The notes under the pieces were generated by a model that worked only from the letters and a program-made list of their open reading frames with translations, made no database searches and was not told where the DNA came from. A program made the position numbers and the translations under genes. From a virus (lineage: Duplodnaviria > Caudoviricetes): a stretch of 64,000 nucleotides of DNA. Location of the stretch: IMG/VR virus record IMGVR_UViG_2864522212_000004, positions 64,001 to 128,000 of that record; one strand, written 5' to 3'. Below, piece after piece: positions 29,001 to 37,435 of this stretch (position 1 is the first letter of the stretch; every line of letters starts with the position of its first letter).

Positions 29001-29886
29001 TGGCGGTGTCGTTCGGGGTCTGGCCGGTCGCCTCGTCGGAGTTCCTGTCGTAGTCGAGTTTGTACGCCTGGGTGAACACGATGTTGTCGAGCAGGTTGCC
29101 GCTGGTCGTGTTCACGCCGGATACCTGCCTGAATGTGAACCGGGTGACGGACTGGCCTGCGGGGATCGTGTAGTAGCCGACGTAGTGGCTGAAGTCGTCC
29201 TTGCTGGACTGGTTGCCGAACGGGTTGGTCGAGTGCGTGGCGATGGTGGTGGACTTCTCGCCGATCTTGTCGCCGTACTTGTTCGAGCTGGTGCGGGTCA
29301 TTTCGACGGGCCGCTCGTGGCCGGGCGCGCCTACCATGACCTGCATCTGGTCAAGGTGGATGCTGTAGCGGCTCGCGTGGTCGAGCTCGATCCTGTAGAG
29401 CGTGCCGGGCGTGGTGGCGATGTCCTGGTAGATCGCGGTGCCTTTCTGGCTTGCGCACAGTTCGCCCATCTGGGTGGTTTCGCCGGTGGCCTTCTGGAGT
29501 TCGACGGCGTTCGCGCGCTGTTCGGACATGGCGCCCTGTGTCTGGGTGCTGGACCAGCCGAATCTGGTCGTGTCCAGTCCGCCGGGGATGTCGGACCATT
29601 TGGCGAGGTCGTCTCCCTGTCCGTTGCTGATCCACTGGCTGCGGTTGCGGTCGATGCCGGTGAAGTAGTGTTGCAGGCTCTTCATGCTCGGGTATTCGAA
29701 GTCGCCGTTGACGAGCTCCCTTGGATACGTCGTGGCGGCCGATGCCGTCAGGCTCGTGATGGTCTTGCCGATATCGGGCATGCGGATCTCGTCCGCGTTC
29801 GCGGTGCCCGCCATCAGGAGCCCGCTGCCCATCAGGGTGCCCGCCGACACGATGCCGGCGACCATCCGTTTCAGCCATGTGCGCAT
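23047..29886 (-). CDS. Giant pilus tip/ancillary adhesin: five NGxF modules + InlB-B (Listeria-Bacteroides) repeats, LPFTG
   Basis: Signal peptide; five divergent modules of about 270 aa; about 8 GYTFxGW repeats; LPFTG-TM-basic tail. Confidence 0.88.
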   Translation of the reverse strand: MRTWLKRMVAGIVSAGTLMGSGLLMAGTANADEIRMPDIGKTITSLTASAATTYPRELVNGDFEYPSMKSLQHYFTGIDRNRSQWISNGQGDDLAKWSDIPGGLDTTRFGWSSTQTQGAMSEQRANAVELQKATGETTQMGELCASQKGTAIYQDIATTPGTLYRIELDHASRYSIHLDQMQVMVGAPGHERPVEMTRTSSNKYGDKIGEKSTTIATHSTNPFGNQSSKDDFSHYVGYYTIPAGQSVTRFTFRQVSGVNTTSGNLLDNIVFTQAYKLDYDRNSDEATGQTPNDTATVKPAKTSATGGVKTVADENVRYGSLANGDFSYPSFSDIQENEQGTYADLRTFLKSDDGTLWYNMSTTDLSKYGKIGQIPGFDSSRFAWSSTENGSRVELQQDRNTKNTYAEIVAQQDNTSIYQNVSTGNGGVLYKIRLKHASRQSSHADKMQVLVGSDTAHATPVEMTRVTSNGHGDKVGGKSTTITTKVSNTDPRDHGSQWETYEGYYQVPEGQKNTVFMFKSLEGFKDVETLPGNNVGNLVDDIEFSRSYKLTYDKNASDATGKVPSNQRGKENTVQPAESKTTGNVKTVADNTSNLPDHLVNGTFDYRGNEIINENQRVYGSHDTTYLAIISAKTGIIGNPLHSKLDNWNSGKFGWKSNDDTAGADTVEVQRRNHTPYPTNAGNVWGEIAAAKRGKYIYQDIATTPGVVYKWSLKHASRNADQDDSMQVMIGEPGKTVAQQATRTTSNGSDKTGSVGTTITTHGTAQDGRWETYTGDYLATSTTTRFTFRSVRDSNGQGLDFTAEGNCVDDLSFDKAYKLSYDKNASDATGSVPSNQYGKENTVQPAKSKTTGSVGLAADKTVSGLTVHDLKKNDKGKVSSSSKADSTQPAAFKAPGAKVETIASRAAGDELAVNGGFDTPKWSIAKEGQGLPWVYVKPNAGTIRSYAQAMAGQTGVKAGGLTAATFAWQDLDAIGSNQNFELHREKDGNTAADVHAGRTVAQTVNTTPGASYTFSIRHSGRSKGNAGGVTLLTGPDKDHLTPVRLTRTTVSKTGQKYGDKTGDVGTVAYTHSDSMDATEGSHEPWDHSDDWESYEGTVIIPAGQSRTMIAYRGVAKDGTLTASANDSIIDDLSFRLAYKLSYDANGGAKKSTSQIKASTDGKVKTIAGKTDSLPTELVNGSFDYPAGLIAGVSTKYPWDDWTVVDPINGRYARHIGIDKDPWAPIPGWDASKFAWKSTQTKGTDWQQIAQGVELQKDSKTGNQYAELVAGQAGTAIYQDIATIPGVSYRWTLKHASLDRNHLDGMSVMIGEPGKESAQDARRTTVNGNGDQPGDVGKVISTKVSNDAESNHSSRNHDGQWETYTGTYIATGTVTRFIFKSVSSSNNVNGNILDDLSFTKAYRLGYDGNGGTGQVPSRTETGRTETAASGTDGTVRLAADKSAEPESGTIADDRRVLTDTTARQDDGTSQRTITRSDGSVRVETIADTGAVSGCQVYYPAGTRITLATAKADSDCWDSSQIGKTNRTFYGWSANTDANDRDVPVGDTMDRNTLNANVRTEIVMPARAKTVYALWAINPTLSYNVNTPAGSNAPGTPASQTVPYNTAAADKSGWAAGDTGKIPGYRFDGWYTAPNGGNKYDFNTPLTGNVTVYAHWVGNGYTVRFAGNGATGGGTPDQAFQYNIGQNLHRNGFVRDGYTFTGWKRADNQQAYGDGQWVTNLTTQPNGIVTMVAQWSANEAHIRYNPNPPAGKTTGGQGTPNWDGHTGDTPTIGQNGWTIDGYTFAGWATSPDGSGTKYAPGASWTANGTLTLYAQWTPGQASLTYDGNGATGGKTDPQTGKTDEKINVRDNGFTRDGYTFVTWNTQADCKGNAVKPNSEWTLRGSSTLYACWAGNAQTLTYHGNGATGGNTAAQSGKTGDELTTNANGFTRDGYTFVRWDTAKDGSGTAYGEGKNGVSQYVMKPAGNDLYAIWKANPATIQYRNDWPNTTGSTPDTTGNTGDTVTISQNSFDRPGYTFTGWSTSKRGDPSLQPGDKHTLEPRTTTVWAQWKADPAHLVYNSNIGTVGSETKTVDGVVDQTVKTITNPFDRPGYTFSGWNTQADGKGKAYATGADYVLTANDKSTPKNTSVLYAQWKINGASLKFNPNGGIGHVDDVTGDAFSTVTIPGDAKEPKITRPGYRFVGWSTEKNPPAGSTFLQPGEGKVTLPAEGSTTVYAQWEPSLTTLPFTGGQAQVPTIWLYAGFALMLIALGVMMPMLRMRMAATKRTGKHMPITGGKHAK

Positions 29887-29995
29887 TATCGGTTTTCCTT
29901 CCCCATCCCTCGCAATGTCTTCCGACGGATGAGCCAAGACCCGTACGAACCCCTCGTGGCGGGCCGGATAAAAAAGAATCATTCGGTGATGAGAG

Positions 29996-30029
29996 GCCGA
30001 TAGGGGACGCGACCCCGCCCCCTATCGGC
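29996..30029. promoter_or_regulatory. Intergenic stem-loop between pilin and adhesin genes
   Basis: GCCGATAGGGG...CCCCTATCGGC. Confidence 0.5.
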
Positions 30030-30060
30030 GGAACCCCGGCCTGGAGGGCCGGGACATGTG

Positions 30061-31848
30061 TCAGGCGGCCGGATTGCCACCGTCATGCGTGAGCGTCAGC
30101 GCGTCGCGGCGGTTGCGCGCGCCGCGCACGGCTATCATGCCGCCGATCGCGAACAGGGGCATGGCGCAGGCCAGCCAGAACGCGAACGCGAGCACGCCGC
30201 CCGTCTGCGGCAGTTGGGTCAGGTTCGCGACGTTCTTGACCTGGACGGTGTTGTTGTCCAGCCTGCTGGTCAGGTTCGGCACGGTGCCGGTGCCCCTGTA
30301 CTGGATGCTGGTGCCCGCGTCGTCGATGGTGACGGTGAACGTCGGTTTCGCGTAGCTGGCGTAGCCGGCCGGCTCCCGGGTTTCGGTGACCGTGTACGTG
30401 CCGTAGCCGAGGCCCTTGAACCGGATGAGGCCCCTCTGGCTCGCGTCATCCCTGTTGTTTACCGTCCCGTCATGGTTCGTGTCGCCGGTCACGAACACGG
30501 TGGCGGAACCCTGGTTGGCCGCATCCGACCATTTGCCGGTGTTCCAGTCGAGATTCATCCACTTGCCGTTGCGCTGGATCTGGAACTGGGCGCCGTCGAG
30601 CAGCGTGTTCACGTTGCCCGCGTCCACCTTCCGCAGGGTGAAGTCGTAGGCCTTGATGTCGGCCTTGTCCTGGTCGGTGATGGTCGTGAAGTGGATGCCG
30701 TCGGTGAACGTGCCGTACGTGTGGATGGTGTTGTTGGCCGGGTCGGTGACGCTGGCCTTGTCGACGGTCATGCGGTAGGTGATGACGATCGTCCTGTTGG
30801 AGTATTTGTCGAGAAGTTTCTTGCCGTCGATGCCCCAGCCGCCGGCCGGGATCGCGAGATCCGGGTCTGCGGGCCGGTTGTCGGCGGTCTTCAGGGTCGG
30901 GTCGCCGGGGATGCTTTTCGCGTTGTTCTGCGTGGTCCCGTCGTAGATGACCGCGTCGGCCGTGATGTCGGTCTGCGGCGCGTTCTTCAGCCGGACGCTC
31001 AGCGAGCCCTTCACGTACGTCTGGCCCTTCGGCTGGTCGACGAGCTTGAACTTGACGGCGGATGCGGCCTGCTTGTTCGGCACGGTCACCTCGACCGTGT
31101 TGGTGACGGTGTCGCCGACGGTCACGCCGACCGGATCGTTGGTGGTGCCGTCCTTGCCTACCGTGGCGCCGTTGCGCTGCACCTGGACCTTCTTGTCGAC
31201 CCTCACGCTTTTCGCCTTGATGACCGCGGTGCCGAGGGTCCGCCACTGCGGGTCCTTCGCGTCGTTCTTCATGATGTTCGCGTTGCCGGATTTCGTGCCG
31301 ATCATGATCGGGTTGCCCGCGGAATCCGTGATGTAGTAGAAGCCTTCGGCGGGCACGTTGATGGTCAGCGTGTTCCGGGTGGTCGTCAGGTTCGCTCCGC
31401 CCTGGATGGCGGCCGGCTTCCGAGTGGACTGGGACAGGGCCTTGCTGATGTTGCGCAATTGACTGGTCTGGGAGTCCATCTTGATGTTGGCGATGTTGCC
31501 CGCGTCATCGTAGCCGTACACCTTGGCGATGTCGTCGCCCGTGCCCGGATCGTACGCGTTGGCGATGCCGATCGCGTCGGCCGCCCACGCGTTCGACGCC
31601 GTGGTGCCGCGCACGCCGAGACTGCTGATCTGCGTGCCGTTCAGGATCTGGTCCGTGTACGTGCCGATCTGGTACACGTTGAACGTGTGGCCGGCCAGCG
31701 AATTGCCGTCCGCGCCGTTCAGGGTGATGGTCGCACCCGCCGCCATCGCGGATGGGGCCAGCGCCAGGCCGGCCAGCATGCTCGCGGTCGCGCAGGCCAT
31801 TGCCGTCACGATCATTGGCATGCGCCGTGTCGTTTGGTTGTCTCTCAT
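30061..31848 (-). CDS. Major (backbone) pilin, SpaA/FimA-like
   Basis: Signal peptide, candidate pilin-motif Lys (VIKAK), E-box YTVTETREPAGY, LPQTG; RBS AAGGA. Confidence 0.88.
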   Translation of the reverse strand: MRDNQTTRRMPMIVTAMACATASMLAGLALAPSAMAAGATITLNGADGNSLAGHTFNVYQIGTYTDQILNGTQISSLGVRGTTASNAWAADAIGIANAYDPGTGDDIAKVYGYDDAGNIANIKMDSQTSQLRNISKALSQSTRKPAAIQGGANLTTTRNTLTINVPAEGFYYITDSAGNPIMIGTKSGNANIMKNDAKDPQWRTLGTAVIKAKSVRVDKKVQVQRNGATVGKDGTTNDPVGVTVGDTVTNTVEVTVPNKQAASAVKFKLVDQPKGQTYVKGSLSVRLKNAPQTDITADAVIYDGTTQNNAKSIPGDPTLKTADNRPADPDLAIPAGGWGIDGKKLLDKYSNRTIVITYRMTVDKASVTDPANNTIHTYGTFTDGIHFTTITDQDKADIKAYDFTLRKVDAGNVNTLLDGAQFQIQRNGKWMNLDWNTGKWSDAANQGSATVFVTGDTNHDGTVNNRDDASQRGLIRFKGLGYGTYTVTETREPAGYASYAKPTFTVTIDDAGTSIQYRGTGTVPNLTSRLDNNTVQVKNVANLTQLPQTGGVLAFAFWLACAMPLFAIGGMIAVRGARNRRDALTLTHDGGNPAA

Positions 31849-32060
31849 TCCAGTGTTTTCCTTTCCTTGTTTGCACGTCCTGTCGAGGACGGGAAGCGAC
31901 CCCACCGGTAGATGCGGCATGGTTGGCGTCCAACGGGTCGAATCCGGCGACTTTCACCGCGGACGGCCTGTATTTGCCCGGCTTCAGACCGAACTCGCTT
32001 ATCGGCTTCGGCGTACGGCTGATGGGAATGGTCGTCTTCGTTTCCTTCAACGTACATGCA

Positions 32061-32095
32061 AAATCGGTTTATTCCAACATTTTTTCGGTATTTAC
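32061..32095. promoter_or_regulatory. Box B motif upstream of the pilus operon
   Basis: CGGT at 32065 and 32086 (21-bp period, AT-rich spacer); opposite orientation to the pilin gene. Confidence 0.5.
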
Positions 32096-32110
32096 CAAAG
32101 TTTTTGAATT

Positions 32111-32138
32111 AAAAATAGGGATGCCTTTCGGCATCCCT
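32111..32138 (-). terminator. Rho-independent terminator
   Basis: AGGGATGCC-TTTC-GGCATCCCT with a T-run on the minus strand. Confidence 0.7.
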
Positions 32139-32255
32139 TGTTGATGTCATGCTATAGGAGCCGGTTTGCAGGAGGGTCCCGCATGGCATCAAGATTCAAC
32201 GTGGGGTTTGACAGGGGAGGGTGTTTGCCTCTCCTGCCAAACCTTCGATGGGTGG

Positions 32256-33803
32256 TCAGGAGTTTAGCGGCTGATCGGATGACGCTTCGCTGTCATCGGC
32301 TTCCGGGGCCGGGGTCTCGTCCGTGGCCTTGCCCTTCGGCTTGCGGACAGCGACCGTGATTCCCAATGCTCCGCCGATGATGGCGAGAATGCCGATGAGC
32401 CAGCCAACCCAGCCGATTCCCACGCCGGTGGAGGCGAGCGGGTTCGCGCCGTTCACCGGCGGCTTGGAAGTCGTGCCGTCATTGTTGTTCTGGCTTTTGT
32501 TTCCGGCATTGTCACCAGGGTTGATGGTGGCTCCGCCATCATCCTTGCCTTGGTATTCGAACGTCCAGGTGACGGTCGTGCCGTCCTTGGAAGCGGCGAA
32601 CACCAGCTTCGAGTCGGATGCGGTCTTGTCAAGCTTCCAATCGGACGGGACGTTCGAGATCTTCACCTCGGCGCCTTTGGCGACCCTGTAGGTGCCGGAT
32701 TTCGTCGGGTCGAAGCTCGGGAGCGGTTTCCCGTCAACGGTGGCCACCACGCCCTTCAACGCGTCCACGCCCGTGACGGGCTTGTCCGGATCGGTCGTGG
32801 AATCGTATGTGAACGTCCACGTGACGACGGTGACGTCGCCCTTCTTGATGTCGTAGGACAGGGTGCCGGGTTTCGCGTCAAGATTCTTATAGCTCGCCCA
32901 ACCGTCGGGCAGGCCGGAGAGTTTCACCTCCGCGCCGTCGGGAATGGTCCATGTGCCGGTCTTCGTCGGGTTGAACCCGTCGACCGGTTTCCCGTCGGCG
33001 GTGGCGGTCACCCCCGCCAGTTCGCTTGGATCGGCCTTGTCCCCGGTGCTCGGCGTGGTGGTTCCGTCATCGTACTTGAACGTCCAGGTGACGGTCACAT
33101 CATCCTTCGTGCAGGTGAAGGTGAGCGTGCCGGTCTTCGAATCCGCCTTATGGTCGAGCTTCCATCCGTCGGGCACGTCGCCGATCTTCACCTCCGCGCC
33201 GTCGGGCACGGTGTATGTGCCGTCCTTCACCGGATTGAAGTCCTTGACGGCGGTGCCATTGGCGGTGGCGGTCACGCCCTTCAGCTCGCCCGGATCGGCT
33301 TTGCTGCTCGCATCCTGTGAGGCGGTGTGCAGCGTGTAGGCGACGGTGCCGCCGCTCTTCTTGCCCTTGATCGTGACCCGGTACGCCAGGTCGCCGGAGG
33401 ACGGCTTGTCCTTCGCGATCTTTCCGTCGACGAGCCAGCCGGTGGCGTTCGTGTCGATCTCGAGCGGCGCGCCCATCGGCTTCAGCAGTCCCGTGTTCGA
33501 GGTGGGGATCTTGCCTGCGACCGTGTCGAGTGCCGATTCCTTGACGCCGTAATAGTCGGTGGTGGATGGGTCGAACCCGTCGATGCCCAGGGCGGATGCG
33601 ATCTTGTCCTTGTGATTGTTGAGGAACGCCTTCTCTTCGGTGCTGAACTTGTCGAGCGGATTCGGAGCCGTCGAACGGGCCGAAATCGACGAGGACGGGT
33701 TCCCCGATACCTGATCCGCGAAAGCGGTGGGCAACACGATCATGGGGCTTACGGACAGGGCCAGGCCAAGCGCTACGGCGACAATCCGTTTTTGTTTCAT
33801 CAT
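32256..33803 (-). CDS. LASTG surface protein with three tandem repeats of about 75 aa
   Basis: Signal peptide; repeats LxGVxATxxG...F.P.K.GT...VTWTF; LASTG-TM. Confidence 0.85.
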   Translation of the reverse strand: MMKQKRIVAVALGLALSVSPMIVLPTAFADQVSGNPSSSISARSTAPNPLDKFSTEEKAFLNNHKDKIASALGIDGFDPSTTDYYGVKESALDTVAGKIPTSNTGLLKPMGAPLEIDTNATGWLVDGKIAKDKPSSGDLAYRVTIKGKKSGGTVAYTLHTASQDASSKADPGELKGVTATANGTAVKDFNPVKDGTYTVPDGAEVKIGDVPDGWKLDHKADSKTGTLTFTCTKDDVTVTWTFKYDDGTTTPSTGDKADPSELAGVTATADGKPVDGFNPTKTGTWTIPDGAEVKLSGLPDGWASYKNLDAKPGTLSYDIKKGDVTVVTWTFTYDSTTDPDKPVTGVDALKGVVATVDGKPLPSFDPTKSGTYRVAKGAEVKISNVPSDWKLDKTASDSKLVFAASKDGTTVTWTFEYQGKDDGGATINPGDNAGNKSQNNNDGTTSKPPVNGANPLASTGVGIGWVGWLIGILAIIGGALGITVAVRKPKGKATDETPAPEADDSEASSDQPLNS

Positions 33804-33864
33804 GTTCTTTCCTTTTCTTGTTTTTTGCCCGACATTTCACGCCGAGTCAGAAAAAATAATGGAA

Positions 33865-33892
33865 GGCTTGCGACCGCATCAGGTCGCAAGCC
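33865..33892 (-). terminator. Terminator hairpin
   Basis: GGCTTGCGACC-GCATCA-GGTCGCAAGCC with a T-rich tail on the minus strand. Confidence 0.65.
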
Positions 33893-33899
33893 GTTGCTA

Positions 33900-36245
33900 T
33901 TAGAAGCTGCGTCCGCGCTGGCGCCGACGTGCAACGAGTCCGAGAACCGCTCCCATAGCCATCAACGCCATCGACAGGAACGCTACGGTTCCGCCGCCGA
34001 CGCCCGTGGAGGCGAGTCCGAGCGCATTGTTCCCGTTGCCGCCGAATGGTTTGCGGGTGACATGCACCTTGTAGGTGGTCTTGACCAATCCGTCACCGGA
34101 TGTGACAGTAATGGTGGCGTCCGCACCCTTCTTCTCGGTGCTGACGGTCATGCCGCTTGCCTTGTCGTACTGCGGGGAGACCATCCATTCGTCCGGATCG
34201 TTCACGGATGCGTTGTACTCGTGTCTGGCCGGGTCGAAGCCCTTGACGGCCGTACCGTCCACGAGGATGCCTGTGAGCTGCGCCTTGTGCGTGGCCGCCG
34301 TGATGTAGGTGACGGTGTACGTGTGTTGCGCGAAGGTCGAACCGTCCGGCGCGAGCACGTTGACCGTGTACGTGTAGGTCATGCCCTCATGTGCGACGGT
34401 GACGGTCGCGGATTGCCCGTTCTTCGGCTCATAGGCGAATGTTCCACCCTCGGGAATCTCGTAGGAACCCTTGTCTGATACGACGTATTTGCCGTCCTTG
34501 CCGGTGTAGCCGTGCGATGCAAGATTGGTGTCCTGCTGGCTTTCCGGGTCCACCGTGGAATCCTGCTTCGCTGGGTCTGCCGGCTTGAATTCGGTGACGG
34601 CGGTTTTCACCGGCCTGGTCACTGTCAGGCTGTAGGTGCGGCTTACGCCGGTTGCGGTGTCGGTGACGATCCATTCCTGGCGGGTGGATTGCGCGTTCTG
34701 CGTGATGTTGCCGCCCTTGATGGTGACTCCGTCAGGCGCTTCGGGCAGCACATACGGGCTTGGATCCTTCTCCCCCAGTGCGAGCACGTAGTCGAGCCGG
34801 TTCGGATCCCAGTTGTCGATGAGCTGGCCCTTCGTGTTCTCGCCGGTCTTGTTCACGTACAGTCCGGTGAGTTTCGCAGGGGAATCTGCTTTCAGGTCGG
34901 CCGGCTGGAATTTCACGTTAACCGTGTAGTCGGCTCCGTTCACGTTCACCTTGAGCACGCGGGAGGCTCCCTCTCCGAGCGCGAGCGTCGGCTTGGATGC
35001 CTGGGCGTCGACACCGTGGGTGAGGCCCAGCGTGTAGCTGTCGCCGACCGCATCGGCCGGTAGGGTCAGCGTGTATTCATGGGTGCTGGGGTTGAATTTC
35101 GCATTGAAGTCTTTGGCCCCGTCGTATACGGTGGTTTCGCCTTTGGCGTTGGTGCGGGTCACGGTCAGGCCGGTAAAGCTCTTGTCCTGGGCTCGATCCG
35201 CGGTGACATCCACTTCCACCGGCACGGTGACGCTTTTCTTGCTGGCGTCATCCTGGATGGTGACTTCGCCGGAAGCTGTTCCGGTGAGGCGTACGAACTT
35301 GCTGGCGGTGTCGCCGGTTCCCTTATCGACAACCTGCACGTCTTTGCCCCATTGGATGGGCAGTGTGGTCTTGATGCCGGTGAGGGTCACCGTGTCCGTG
35401 CTGGGCTTGTTGGATTCGTCCAATGTCGGACCGGCGTAATCCGCATGGTATTTTCCGTCATCAGACTTGGTGAGTTCCGTTTCGGTGCCGTCCACGGTCA
35501 CCGGGTTGCCCGAGGTGTAGGCGAACGGCAGTGTCACGTTGAATGCCGGAGTGTTCTTCGTCGCGTCGGCGGCCTGCTTGTAGACGGCGGTGCCGGATAC
35601 GTTCAGCTGGCCCAGCTTGTCGCCGGATTCCACGGTGACGTTCTGGTAGACGGGTGTCAGCGTGATGGTGGTTGCTCCGTTGGTGACGGTGATGTCGCCC
35701 GGGTAGGAGGCGCTTTGGTCCAGGACCGCGGATGCGGTGTCGCCTTTCACGCCGAGGGGGTATGTCTTCTTGCCGTCAACGGTGGCGTTCCATGGTTGGG
35801 TCGGCTGGTCGTCGACGATTTTGTCGACGATTTCATAATCCGTGACGGTCAACGTGAACTTGGGCGCGGAATCGGCGGCGCTGGTGTAGACGACGGGGCC
35901 GCTGATTTTCCCGTCCGTAGGTTTCTGGCTGGTGGTCAGAGTGATCTGGGACTTGTCTGTGCCGGACACGATCACCTGGTTTTGGAACTTGCCTTTGACC
36001 TTGGGGACGGTTGCCGTGTAATCGCCTTTGCCGTCCTTCGTGAAGTCGACTGGCGTGCCTGCCACGGTGGTCGTGTATTTGACTTCCTGCGTGGCTTGGG
36101 CGGCGCTGGTGCCGGTGTTGCCGTTCGCGGTGTTTTCGTCGGCGGTGGCCGTCATGACGCCGGGCCCCGCCATGCCGAGGGTCAATGCCGCGACGGTGGC
36201 GATGGTGCCCGCATTGCGCAGACCGCTGCTGTTACGTTTGGTCAT
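33900..36245 (-). CDS. LASTG surface protein with cadherin-like beta-sandwich domains
   Basis: Signal peptide; LTGL.V...F.P...EY repeats; LASTG-TM-RRRQR. Confidence 0.85.
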   Translation of the reverse strand: MTKRNSSGLRNAGTIATVAALTLGMAGPGVMTATADENTANGNTGTSAAQATQEVKYTTTVAGTPVDFTKDGKGDYTATVPKVKGKFQNQVIVSGTDKSQITLTTSQKPTDGKISGPVVYTSAADSAPKFTLTVTDYEIVDKIVDDQPTQPWNATVDGKKTYPLGVKGDTASAVLDQSASYPGDITVTNGATTITLTPVYQNVTVESGDKLGQLNVSGTAVYKQAADATKNTPAFNVTLPFAYTSGNPVTVDGTETELTKSDDGKYHADYAGPTLDESNKPSTDTVTLTGIKTTLPIQWGKDVQVVDKGTGDTASKFVRLTGTASGEVTIQDDASKKSVTVPVEVDVTADRAQDKSFTGLTVTRTNAKGETTVYDGAKDFNAKFNPSTHEYTLTLPADAVGDSYTLGLTHGVDAQASKPTLALGEGASRVLKVNVNGADYTVNVKFQPADLKADSPAKLTGLYVNKTGENTKGQLIDNWDPNRLDYVLALGEKDPSPYVLPEAPDGVTIKGGNITQNAQSTRQEWIVTDTATGVSRTYSLTVTRPVKTAVTEFKPADPAKQDSTVDPESQQDTNLASHGYTGKDGKYVVSDKGSYEIPEGGTFAYEPKNGQSATVTVAHEGMTYTYTVNVLAPDGSTFAQHTYTVTYITAATHKAQLTGILVDGTAVKGFDPARHEYNASVNDPDEWMVSPQYDKASGMTVSTEKKGADATITVTSGDGLVKTTYKVHVTRKPFGGNGNNALGLASTGVGGGTVAFLSMALMAMGAVLGLVARRRQRGRSF

Positions 36246-36286
36246 TTCGAGGGTTCTCCTTGCCTGAGTTTTCTCAAACAGTTCCC

Positions 36287-36340
36287 ACTGTAACCTCAGG
36301 GTTTGTAATTAACCGGTTTTTTATTGAAAATAACCGATTT
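36287..36340 (-). promoter_or_regulatory. Box B promoter (CGGT-N17-CGGT-N19-TACAGT)
   Basis: Sense AAATCGGTTATTTTCAATAAAAAACCGGTTAATTACAAACCCTGAGGTTACAGT. Confidence 0.65.
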
Positions 36341-36386
36341 TCTTCCGTTGCCGCATGGCCCGGCATCGACGGCAACGGAAGAAACT

Positions 36387-36827
36387 TCAGCCAACCGTCG
36401 CATCGTCCGCGGTCCAACCCATCAGCTTCAAAGCATCAGACACGTGGCTTCCGGCGCATTCGAGATCCTTGAACGTCTGACGTACGAGCTCCCGGACCTG
36501 CGGGTCGTCGAAATGCTGGCAGTCCAGCATGGTGCGTGCCAGTTCCGACGTGTTCATCGCATAATCATGCACCAGTCCCAGCATGTCTCGCTTCTGGTCC
36601 TCAGTCAGCTGCTCGTCTTCCAAGTCCGGTTCGCCGTAGTCGAATTCGTCCACTTCGCCCGGTGCGTACTGGAATCCGACCGGAGGTGTCGGCATGTCCG
36701 GTTCATGCCCTTCGCGCTGCCTGTCCAGCCATGCGTTCCAGAACTCCTCCCCCTCCTCGCGCGTCACGTTTTCGGGAAGGTTGTCCAAGAAGGTGTCTCG
36801 GATTGTTTGTGTGGTGATGTCTGCCAT
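36387..36827 (-). CDS. Hypothetical acidic protein
   Basis: MADITTQTIRDTF...; RBS-like GGAG upstream. Confidence 0.65.
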   Translation of the reverse strand: MADITTQTIRDTFLDNLPENVTREEGEEFWNAWLDRQREGHEPDMPTPPVGFQYAPGEVDEFDYGEPDLEDEQLTEDQKRDMLGLVHDYAMNTSELARTMLDCQHFDDPQVRELVRQTFKDLECAGSHVSDALKLMGWTADDATVG

Positions 36828-36898
36828 TTGTTTTTTTCTCCAATCGGTTTTTTCTGATGGCGTTTTTTTGATTCGATGTTCTTGCGATGTCCGGGGGG

Positions 36899-37435
36899 CT
36901 ATTCCGCCCGATGCGGCCGAGCCGAGAGTCCGCCGATGATGCTTTGGACGACGGTCGTGACCGGGGCCGGATCGCGTGGATCGGGGTTTCCCCCCGGCCG
37001 TGTCTGCGGCAGGCTTTTCGTCGCCCCGTCCCTCGGGCCGCCCAGCATCGGGTGACGGGACAATTCCAACGCACGCTGCACCGCCTGCGTGGCGGGACGG
37101 CCACGGCCCAATGATTTGAGCAGAGAGCGTCGGAACTGCCACATCTCGTCGGGGTCGGAAATCTGGTTCTCCTCCATCAGCCGGGTGATGGTCGCCTCCG
37201 ATGGCATCGACTGCCGTCGTTTCCTTCTCACGGCGAGGTTGATATCCCCCACCGTCATCCATTCGCCGTGAGGATGCAATGCGTAGAATTCCCGTACCGC
37301 GGCGTTGGCCTCGTCGAACGACACCGATCTGGACAGCTCCTCGTAGAAGCATTGGGCCTGCGCGTCGCTGATTGGCGCGTTCCCGTGATGTACGTTGATG
37401 CGGCGCAGCACCTGCAGAGCTTCGTTAAAGTTCAT
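36899..37435 (-). CDS. Putative helicase loader/inhibitor (phage G39P-like)
   Basis: MNFNEALQVL...SFDEANAAVREFY...GDI pattern; overlaps the end of the initiator gene, as in actinophage replication modules. Confidence 0.55.
   Translation of the reverse strand: MNFNEALQVLRRINVHHGNAPISDAQAQCFYEELSRSVSFDEANAAVREFYALHPHGEWMTVGDINLAVRRKRRQSMPSEATITRLMEENQISDPDEMWQFRRSLLKSLGRGRPATQAVQRALELSRHPMLGGPRDGATKSLPQTRPGGNPDPRDPAPVTTVVQSIIGGLSARPHRAE

Noticed and set aside
23047-29886. Shufflon or diversity-generating retroelement acting on the adhesin
   Set aside because: Repeats are direct and in frame; there are no inverted cassettes, adjacent invertase, reverse transcriptase or adenine-specific TR/VR pair.
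19033-31911. Very long opposite-strand ORFs (19033..22182, 24598..27456, 30058..31911; also 14088..16298 and 1151..2113)
   Set aside because: Antisense shadows of high-GC3 genes; no RBS or motifs, and the composition mirrors the real genes.
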